Assembly: GCA_050084985.1 (NCBI GenBank)
Contig: JBITNC010000001.1
Location: 144,336,001-144,400,000, forward strand
Direction: 5' to 3'
Source of the DNA: Nageia nagi
Lineage: Eukaryota > Plantae > Pinophyta
DNA: 64,000 nt
Shown here: one piece after another, positions 53,879 through 64,000 of the stretch
How the letters are laid out: each line of letters begins with the position of its first letter
Position numbering within the stretch: the first letter of the stretch is position 1
Position numbers and translations under genes: made by a program
Notes under the pieces: generated by a model
What the model was told of the DNA's origin: nothing
The model's input: the letters and a program-made list of their open reading frames with translations, nothing else
The model's database searches: none

Positions 53879-56800
53879 AGCTACATGGAGAGAAATAAAT
53901 TAGCCTTTGAAAAATCCATTAGTGAGTTTTGTGTCAATCAAAGAGTCACTAAAGCAATCACAGCTTGTGATTTTGGCATTACACCTTCTATATGTCATAA
54001 ATAATTATTTTCTAATTATGGATGTAAGACCTAAAAAATTATAGAAAAAACCAAGAAAGTCATATGTAAAGAGGTATTATGTAAATAAGCCTAGCTAAAA
54101 GATAGCAAAATCCTATTCCTGTTATCCCAAAAAGAGATTTTCCAAAAGACCCATAAGTTCAAAAAGAAAGATCAAGGAGTTGTTGGAAAAACTTGTTTTA
54201 AATACGATGAGAAAGATCATTTTGCTTCAAGCTAGACAAAGCCCAAAAAAAATAAATCAAAGCAATGATGCAAAGGATTAAAGAAATGAGAGGCAATTAG
54301 CCTACAAATTTTAATGAATGGGATTTGTATTCTAAGTATACTAAAGAAGAAGAAGTTTATGCAAAGTTAGATTCTAGTGAGTATACAATAGCCAGTGACT
54401 CTAATGAGTCCTATCAGTATGAATCTAAAATATAGTATGAATTAGCTTTAGATGATGAGTACCCTATTCACTATGGATATATGATGAGAAGGTCATATCT
54501 CATTGATCCAAAAGAAAATGCAAGACTTCCTTGGGATACTATTCAAAATCAAATCAGTTAGTGGGCTAGAGCTCCTCCCAATGAGTATGCCACAAAAATG
54601 TTTGAAGATCACATAAAGGAATTGAAGCTCCATGATAATCCTCCTCAACCAGTGAGAGGTACTCCTTTCCCATCATACATAGAGATCATGGAAGAAGCAT
54701 AGTTGAAGAACCTTACAATCCTGTAAGAAATTTAGAATCTCAAAAAGGAATTAAAGAGGATAGATAAGTTATAACAAAAATTAGATCAATTAGAAAAGGA
54801 AAAATCTAAGCTTTACTAGGAATTGCATCCAGGAACACATTAGAGCCAGGGACCATCCAAAGATCATAGTGAATCAAACCTAGATTCAAATTCTACTGAA
54901 GAAGATTAACCAAGTAGAATCTTGACTAAAGAACAAATTGAAGCAATTATTCCTAAGGATCCACTACCATCACCAGAAGAACTTGTAAATATTGAAATTT
55001 TAGAAGTTAAGCTTATGATAGCAAGCCTTAAGGAAATCAAAGTAGATGTGTTTTCACTCCTATTTTAACCTAAGAGTTTACTGCATGCATAGATATTGGT
55101 GCCACTGCTAGTATTATTTATCCTCATATTGTTCATCCTAGATGTGTTATTCCTTACCTTGGTATGTTCAATTATATTGATGGTTCTATGGTCTCAACCA
55201 AAGGAAAAATTAAAAATTTGATATTTATTCTTAATGGAAAATATTTTTTCCATCATTTCTTAGTTTTAGATTCAGGGACTGGTATTATATTCGGATCTGA
55301 TTTCTTTTAGAAATATGTCCCTATATCTTTCAAAAAAATTACTTTCTAGATTACTCTAAAGAGATGGTATCTTAGAATGCCCATGTATTATGGTAAGCAA
55401 GAAAATTCAGATTTCATTCCTTAGAAAATTAGTAGAAAATAGGTTCTTAGTCCTAAGCCTAGAAAAAATAAGAATTACTAAATAGTATTAGATCCAAAAA
55501 AGAAAGAATGAAATCAATTAGCTTCAAGAATATTTAGTAAAGGATTATTGTTCAAAAGATCATCAAGATTTATGAAGCTAAGAGTATTATGAAGTTAGTC
55601 TCCTTATGAAAGATGAAAAATGAAAGTACCTACAAAAGCTAACTATATTGCAATGTTTGTTGAAGATAAGAAAGTTGTGATAGAAGAAATAAAAGAACTC
55701 TTGAAGAAAAAATTGACCAGAAAATCTTATTCTAGTTGGGCTTGTTATCCATTTTATGTGAAAATACATTTTGAAATTGCCATAGGTAATAAATGACTAG
55801 CTTATGGTAACTTGGCATAAAAGAAGATCAGTACAAGATTGGCTTTGTGGTTCCAATCTTAGATAGACACTATGAGTGGAATGTCATACCATTTGGACTC
55901 AAAAATACTCCATCAGAGTTTCAAAAAAGAATAGATAGTATCTTATCAGAAAAAATATAAGACTTTGCTATCTAGTATATAGATGATATCCTTATTACTT
56001 CAAATTCTTTAGATGAGCATTTCAAACATTTAAAGATCTTTAAAGAATTAGTTGTTTCCCATGGGTTAGTCTTTTCTGTTAAAAAGATGATTTTGTTCCA
56101 AATTGATATTGAGTTCTTAGGGCATAAGATTAATAATGTCTCTATTCAATTATAACCTCATGTACTTTCTTTTGTACATAATTTTCTTGATAATATCATA
56201 GATAAAAAATAACTGCAAAGGTTTCTTGGTTGTAATTATGTCTCTCCATTTTATGAAAATTTTGCATTTCATAGAAAGTTTCTTAATGTGAGACTATAAA
56301 AATATCCTCTAGCTTGGATTGAAAAATATACTACTACTGTAAGAAGAATTAAAGAAACATATGTTAATCTTCCACCAACATAGCCCCCAAATGGGTTCAT
56401 TCCAAAAGTGTTAGAAACTAATGCATCTAGTGAAGGATGGGATATCATGTTAAAATAATGATAATCATATGCAAGTGGTAAGGTTATCAAGTTTATCTTT
56501 GTTTATGCTTCAGGTTGCTAGAAAGGTGCATAGTTAAAGTATCATTATACCAAGCAAGAGATATTATCTTCCAATATGGGCATTAATAAATTTTAGTTAT
56601 ATCTTTATAATATCCCATTTGTTCTTAGATATGATTTCATTGACATGAAAGGATCTCTTGAAGGTAAACTCTTCTATGATTCTACTTAAGCACTTATGGT
56701 AAGGTTTCAGTTTTTCTTCTCCTGCTTTGATATTACATTTGAATACTATCAAGGTAGCAAAAATGTAGTTGATTTTTTATCCTGAGAAGCACTCCTTAGT

Positions 56801-58500
56801 TCCAAACTAGTTTCACAACAAGGATGTAAAGTATTGTATATACATGCTTGTAATTTTTTGTATGAAGAAACATTTGTAAAATCACTTTTTCATGTGAATT
56901 CTATTGATAGTAGTCAAATTTGGTTTATAATAAATTAAGAAAATAATTTCAAAACATAAGAATGCTCTGCAACTCAATATTGGCTCATGGCAAATATGTT
57001 CATTACTATCACTAGACCTTACAAGAGATATGGAACAAATCTAGAGTATCCCTATCCTCCTTATCTCACAACTTTTATTTATGCTAAGGATAGAGTTCAT
57101 AAGTATATGTATTCTATTACATTATGTAGAGGAAAATATTTTATTAGATAATGAGGGTTAGATCATTTGATAAAATTATTCTAGAGATTTTGGGATCCAA
57201 GTGCAAATAATAGTGATCATATACCCTTTCATTTTTGTGATGTCAAACATAGAGTGTAGTTTCAAAATCCTTCTCCAAGCACTCTAGGGTTTCCATGTGA
57301 TCTTGATGAATCCACCACTGAGTATCAGCAGTGGTTAGTCACATGGATACCTTCAAGAATTACTTGGGATAATAATATTTGTTCTGGTGATGGTCTTGAT
57401 CATATATTCTCTCAAGAGGAGATTGTTAGATTCTTTGTTGAAAATCATATCCCTTGGAAAATCCATAGCAGTATTGAGTTCACTAGATCTTTCCATTAGC
57501 CATCACAAATTGATATTTATGCTAAAATAATTATCTGGTGGGATAATTCATTTTCCAAAAAATATTCATGATTGGTTTTATCATGGGGCCCATGTTCCAT
57601 CTTGGTCTGTTCCTAAGTTCCATCTTGCTTAATTTCATAATCACAAGTTCAGATGCCACCTATTTATGGCGGTAAATGAACATCATGGAGACCATACACA
57701 TGTCTAAGTCCTAACACTTGGATCTTATCCCAGTAGTAGTAGTTTAGGTTCTCCTCCACCATCTCTTAACAATGATCTTGACATGCTCTCAGACTAATGG
57801 AAGACATTGTGGGCACATAACCCATGTGTTCATAATCCTATCTTATTATGATGTGATAAGATGGTGGATACCATAATAGCTTCCCAAAGATGCCATGCTT
57901 GTTGGCATTCACTTGTGGTATTTATTCACCATGTGGATAAAGTTACTTTATGTCACCTCCATCTAATATTACTCCTATGGAGTATCTTGAATGGTGAAGA
58001 TGTAGATCTAATATCAGTTAGATATACATGGTCCATTAGGTTATAAATAGAATAATGCTTGAGTCATTTGGCATTAAAGTTAGGAATATTTTAGAGTTAT
58101 AAAAGTATAGAACAGTATGAGGTCTAGCAGCATAGTAAGACCTACAAAACTAATGTTCATAGCATACTCTATACTTGCTTATAGGAGTGAAGTCCAAAGT
58201 CTTAACTAGCTAAGTCATTTATAGTGTGTCAAGATTCAAAACATTCTATTCTAAATGTGTCTATATATTTTGGCAAAATTTCAATAAATGGAAGCTTTTT
58301 ATGAAATCTTGGTCTATATTTATTTGTTCATGATATTGCATACTAAGAGTTTGCTAAAGAAGATATTTTCCCTTGATAGTGTGTAAGTAGGGAGAAGCCA
58401 TTAAGTTGATATTGGGAGTTGCTACCTTCAAAAATAGAGAAGTGTGCTTAGAATTGATATTAGGGAGCTAAAGTCAAGCCCAAACAAGGGAGTGATCCTT
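53657..58500 (+). mobile_element. Endogenous caulimovirid 3' portion: CP C-half, Zn knuckle, protease, RT, RNase H, ORF2, intergenic region
   Basis: CFKYDEKDHFASS (decayed CCHC, ~54194); IDIGATAS protease (~55089); SWACYPFYV, HYEWNVIPFGLKNTPSEFQ, YIDDIL and IEFLGH (RT, 55735-56130); LETNASSEGW (RNase H, ~56411); no integrase; downstream ORF with FFVENHIPW..KIIIWWD (~57430-57545); TATAAATA at ~58042 and AATAAA at ~58283. Confidence 0.85.
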
Positions 58501-58599
58501 GATATTACTGATATATAGAATATTTAGTGAGAAATATTCTATATGGGATCAAATAAGTTATAAAACAATTATACATAATACCTTCATCTTATATTATTA

Positions 58600-60350
58600 T
58601 TGATTAATTATAAAATAATTATATGGGTGAATTTATGGAGGGTCTTACATTTATTATTGAACCATTAATTACAAGGGAAATAATTATGTCAAGGATGAGG
58701 AGATGGCATGTGGATGGTGTGAGGGAAGGATTAAATTGTATTTGACTAAAGGGGTTTTGAGAAAATATTTTCCTGCAAGATAGGATTTTATATTCAATGG
58801 AGGTTAGTGAGATGTTTGTTTAGGCCTTGTGTGTAAATATGGTTAAGATTATGGTAAAACAAGAATATGGGGGTAGTAGGACAAAGAGGAATGTGAGTGG
58901 TGGGTGGTATAGTAAGTTGAAGGGTAAGGGTGAGATAAGCATGATTTGATAATAATAGAGTATCAAATACACTATCTAATCAATGATATCTAAAGAGAAG
59001 AAAATAATAGCTAAAGTATAATCAAATGGATACTAGTTCCATCAACAATAGAGAAACAAGTAAAATGATTGGATTGATGGAATTGAGCAATCCCATTTAG
59101 GATGATTAAGTCATGCACTTAACCTAAATTGAAAAAGTATTTTTCATAAAGTTTGATAATTTTCCTAGCATCATCTAATTATCATTTTAGTCCTAAATCA
59201 TCTATATCAATCTCTAATTATCAAAGAGGAACTAAAGATATATCATGTATGTGACATTGGGATATGTATGTTATATATTGAAGTACCCTAATAGCATGAT
59301 AACATGCAAGAGCGAAAAATTGGATATCTTAAGATAAAGATATAGGTAGTGTGAGTCACCATCATCTACAATAAAATGCAATGAATAAGCAAGTGGAAAG
59401 TAATATATAACAATGTAAATATGTTGAGTTTTTTACTTCCTAATAGGAAATATCCATATATACTTGACATGAAGGTTTGAGCATTCTAAATAAATATACA
59501 AATTCAAGAGTTCATGGTATAGGAAAGCAACACCTTTATATCCTTTAATACCTTGGTAGGTCTTTGGTCTATATGCAAAAGGATAAAAATAACTTGTATA
59601 AGATGGTAATGATTTTAGTTGTGTTTATGTAAAACTAGTAGTTAGATCATTAGCCAAAATGATAATGGCATTAAGCCTATTGGTAAATTCTTTCAAAACT
59701 AATGCTAATTTCATACAACATTAAGGGCCTTAATGAACCTAATATGAAAAGGTTTGTACCCAACCATTTGGAAGATTAGAATATAGACATTATGATGGTT
59801 GTTGATACCAAAATATCTGTAAGAAAAATAATTGAAATTCAATATAGATTCTAGATAAGAGGTAATTTCTTATGGAATGAATCTATAGGAAATTTGATAT
59901 GATTGGGGATATTGTGAAACTTCATAAATATTCAATTTATTTATGAATTAGTATATTTTAAATTAATATAATACTAAGGAGAAATATTTCATAGTAATAT
60001 TTAAATTCCATTAAACAGGGATCATAGAAGAAAATATTTGAAAGGTTTAAGAACTACTACAAACAAGTTTCTATAAGAGGTATGAATTAGTATCCTAATC
60101 TGAAATTTAAAATAAATGATAATTGACACCATCAAGGATTTTTTAAAAATTGAATATTTAGAATAATCTAGAAAATAATCCTAATCTAAAATTTTAATTT
60201 TCCTTACCTTAATAAATGATATTAATAGGAAACAATAGTGATAAGTTCTTTCACATCACTTTAAACTAGAAGGAATCATAATTATTATTAGAATGGAACC
60301 TAAGTGTTAGGGTTCATTAAGGATGTAGACTTAACTAAGAAAGGAGGGTT
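58600..60350 (+). mobile_element. Highly degenerate L1-type LINE remnant
   Basis: MLISYNIKGLNEP..DIMMVVDTK at ~59702-59815 matches the APE endonuclease start (SWNVRGLN..LQETK); FV*ALCV at ~58815 resembles the ORF1 FARVCV motif. Confidence 0.5.
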
Positions 60351-61913
60351 TTATTATTTCAATGATCTTCTTAATAAGAGGGAATGAGTTTTAACTAAGA
60401 AAAAGGAATTCATTCTCAATAATATCTCGAATTTAATATTAGATGTAGATAATAACATGAGATTCGGTATAAGGAAATGAATATCTAAAACTTGATATTT
60501 TTCCTACACCCTTTTTCATAAAAATATTTTGTATGTATGTATATAAGTAATGGTATTCAATCTTCCTAATTATAATCCACAAGAAATAATAAGCTATTTA
60601 CCTTGATACATATAAATCCACCTCTCTTTATAATTTTTGTTAAACAATTTTCACATAATATTATTATACAATAAAATAAGATGTTAATATTTTCCATCGA
60701 TGAATAAAACATTTAAGTTGTAAAAATAAATTGAAATTTTTTATAATAAATCTCACAATAAATGAGGTGTCAAAAATGTAACAAGTACATCAAGAGGCAT
60801 CTTACAATGATAGTTAGAGGAGAATAAGGACCAAATATCTAGCTTCAAACTTTTTTGAAAAATAAAAATGAAATTTGACCTACTAATATAACTTTAATAT
60901 TATAAAAATTAATTTTAATAAATTTCAAATTATAGTAATTTGACTATATTTTAAAAAATGAAACAATTAAAATATTTAAATAAAATAATTAAACATTTTT
61001 GAAAAATAAAAAGAATGAATCCATATTAAAAAATTAATCCATCTTTTTTTTATAAATAATTTTGTTTTGTATTTAATTGTTGTTATGACATTTTTTATAA
61101 ATAATGTGTTAGATATTTATTATTTTTTTATTTATAATTTTTATTATACTTTTATTTAATAATATTTTATGTATAAAGATATTTAAAATAAATACCTCAA
61201 AAATAATACCTCTTAGTATTGAAAAATCTTAATCTCCACTCCCGAGTGTTATGGTACTCTATCTCTGGGCACTATTGCATCTACACTCGTGTGGGCTCAG
61301 TGTCACTTTCGGGTGTAGGCATTGGCATGATTCCTTCAACTCTCGACATCATGCAATGCTCCTTGCATCATGCACTATCTCCATCTTTAGACTCTCTTCC
61401 TCTGCCCTGGGTGCTACTAACCTTCAGGATCTATTCCCTTTCATGTTTTATCTCTTAGGCTCCTAGACTTACTGACCTATCTCCAGGCATACCCAAATTT
61501 TGGGCTTTGGGACTTAATCACTACCCAAAGTGACTACTATTCTTTAGGATTTTTTTCATTCTGCTTTAGGATTTCCTTCTCCGGGAACTGTTTCTTTCGA
61601 ATTTGAGGCTTGTTAACACTTGCCATTTTTTTGTGAGTAATTCACTATTTTAGAGCCTGGATCTCGGGTCTTGTTACATCATAACACCTCTTTCGCTCTA
61701 GAAATTGGATTTTACTCTATAAAGATCTTTCTACCCCAAAATTAAATACTCAACCACTAACACTAGTTTCAGATGTCACATATACAGAAAGAGCAAGGGC
61801 TTCCTCTACTCTCTACAAAAAGGATGACATAATGTGTGCATGGAACCATGATGCATTAAATTTTATTTTTGACCAAGTAGCAGGCATATAATATTATATA
61901 GTCTGGGTGTAAA

Positions 61914-64000
61914 TGATGAGGATGGAGGAGTAAATTAAAGAATCATGTATGTTTTCCTGCTAGCTCCAAGAGAGCATTGTAAAAAAGTTTACTTCTCTAC
62001 AAAACAAATATATTTTTGGTATTTTATTTATATTGATGTTTATTTTGCCTATGGTTAGCCTCATTGTGCTTTGGCTATACACATTATTGTTTATTTTTCT
62101 TCAAAATCTTCAATTGGTATTAGAGCAGGAGATTTATTGGGTTAAATGGATTCTAAGCTAGGAAATTCACTGAAGTTGTAAATTCCCATTTTTAATGGAG
62201 ACCACTACGAGTACTAGTGCATCCGTATGAGGACATTTCTTATCTCTCAAGACTTATCGATATGTGGTTCCTAGAGATTTACCGACTTAGATGAAGTCAC
62301 CCTTGCAACCATGACTACAGATGAGAAGAAATAAGTGTTGGAGAATCGTAAGAAGAATGCTAAGGCATTATTTTCCATCCAATCTGGGATAGATGTGTCC
62401 ATCTTCCCCAAAAGTGTAGAGTATAAGACTTCTAAGGAAGCATGGGAGATCTTGGAGATCGCATACAAAGGATCAGCCAAGGTCCATGTGGAAAAGCTCC
62501 AAATTTTAAGGAAGGAGTTTGAATCTCTCCATATGAGAGAGGAAGAGAATATAAGTTTCTTCTTTTCAAGATCCAAGATCTTGTAAATGCCCTCCATTCA
62601 CATGGTGAAGAGATGAGAGACGCCAAAATCATGGAAAAGGTCCTTTAAAGCTTGACTAGAAGATTTGATCCCATTACCATTGCCATTGAAGAAGAAAAAG
62701 ACCTATCCCAACTCATGCTTGTGGAGTTGCAGGGTAGTCTAACTACCTATGAATATAAAATTAGTGATAGATTCAATTCTTTGGACCAAGCCTTTCAAGA
62801 ATAGTTGAAATTGAAGGGACAAGAGTCCTCTTCATCAAATACTAGCTCTTCTTCATCCTCTCACAGAAGAGGTGGATCATTGCGTGGAAGAAGTGGTGGT
62901 CAACATGGAGGAAGAAAATGTCATGGAAGAGGCCATTCTAGGTGAAGATCACAAGATGATACCCCTAGACATTATGAATTTTGTAACAAATATGGTCACA
63001 TAGAATCTCATTGCTAAAAGAAGAATTCCTAGCTCAAAGCTTAGTATGTTGAATATCAGGCTAAGAGTAGCATGTTCCTCACCTGTAGCAGTTTCTAGGC
63101 TGAAGAACAAAATGTATGGTACCTGGATAGTGGTTGATCTAACCACATGATTGGAAATAAAGCCTTGTTTCTTAATGTTGACACCTCTGCCATAGGTCAA
63201 GTCGGGTTTTATGACAACAAAAGTGCGAACATCCATGATAGAGGGACTATTGCCTTTAATTCCAATGCTGGTAAGATAGTTTATATGCATAGCACTCTCT
63301 TTGTTCCTATCTTTAAGCATAATATGTTAAGTATTGGCCAACTTAGTATAAGGGGTTATATAACCACCTTCAAAAGGAAAGAGTGCACCATAGTAAAAGA
63401 GGCCAATAATCAACTTATAACCACCATCCATATAACTAAAAATAGGATGTATATGCTTAGGATGACACCTGTAGCAAGTTGTTTAAAAGCATCCATTGAT
63501 TTTGCTTGGTTATGGCATAGGAGATTTGATCATTTAAATTTCACTCATTGAATGGTCTACACAAATTGGTGAGAGGCCTTCCTATCATTTCCCATACATC
63601 CAATGAGGTCTATGAAAGTTGTGTTGTAAGAAAACAACACAAAGTGAAGTTTTCAAAGTACCAATACAGGGCCAAGTACCCTCTTTAGCTAGTGCATGCA
63701 GACTTGTGCAGACCAATGTAGACTCCCAACCAAGGTAGTAAGTCTAGATATATGCTCAATTTTACTGATGACTTTTCTAGGATGAGTTGGCTTTATTTAC
63801 AGCAAAATAAGTCTAACTCCTTTAAGAGTTTTGTTAAATTTAAGTCTCTTTTTGAAAAATAATCTAGCCATTTTATTAAGAAGTTCAAAATTGATAGAGG
63901 AGAAGAATTCATTTCCAATGAATTTAAGAACTTCTACCATCAGCATGGCATTTTTAGGCAGTATACAACTACCTACACTCTATAGCAGAATGGAGTGGTT
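61914..64000 (+). mobile_element. Ty1/copia retrotransposon 5' half (LTR end, PBS, gag, protease, integrase), running off the window
   Basis: LTR ends TCTTCA at 62112; PBS TGGTATTAGAGC at ~62115-62126; gag IPIFNGDHYEY, SKEAWEILE; protease WYLDSG*SNHMIG; WLWHRRFDHLNF; integrase LVHADLC, FTDDFSR, DRGEEF, QNGVV. Several stops; LTR start uncertain. Confidence 0.9.

Noticed and set aside
54190-56800. Interpreting the RT region as the pol of the flanking LTRs
   Set aside because: The LTR element is on the opposite strand, is bounded by its own TSD and interrupts this sequence; RT motifs are caulimovirid and there is no integrase.
58454-58475. tRNA-Met primer binding site of the virus (tgatattagggagc)
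   Set aside because: Too degenerate relative to TGGTATCAGAGC to support, although the position is plausible.
61219-61466. Short ORFs in a locally GC-richer stretch
   Set aside because: No recognisable motif in the frames examined; probably a TE fragment.

Overview
AT-rich plant nuclear DNA. The PPR and transposon repertoire suggests a gymnosperm, but that is inference. Only one gene is intact: an intronless L-type lectin receptor kinase (34285-36297) sitting in a CpG-retaining island. The rest is nested, heavily C>T/G>A-decayed mobile DNA. It includes a PLS-class PPR pseudogene whose core was amplified into a ~371-bp tandem array; Ty3/gypsy, Ty1/copia and L1 remnants plus several solo LTRs; a Sola2-like DDD transposon inserted into a DUF6570-type Helitron2/Helentron-like Rep gene; and a largely reconstructable florendovirus-like endogenous caulimovirid (coat protein, Zn knuckle, protease, RT, RNase H, ORF2). 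The virus is split by a gag-only LTR element with a TCAAC TSD and reshuffled by one segmental and one tandem duplication. Degenerate translations were read by eye, so boundaries of decayed elements are approximate.
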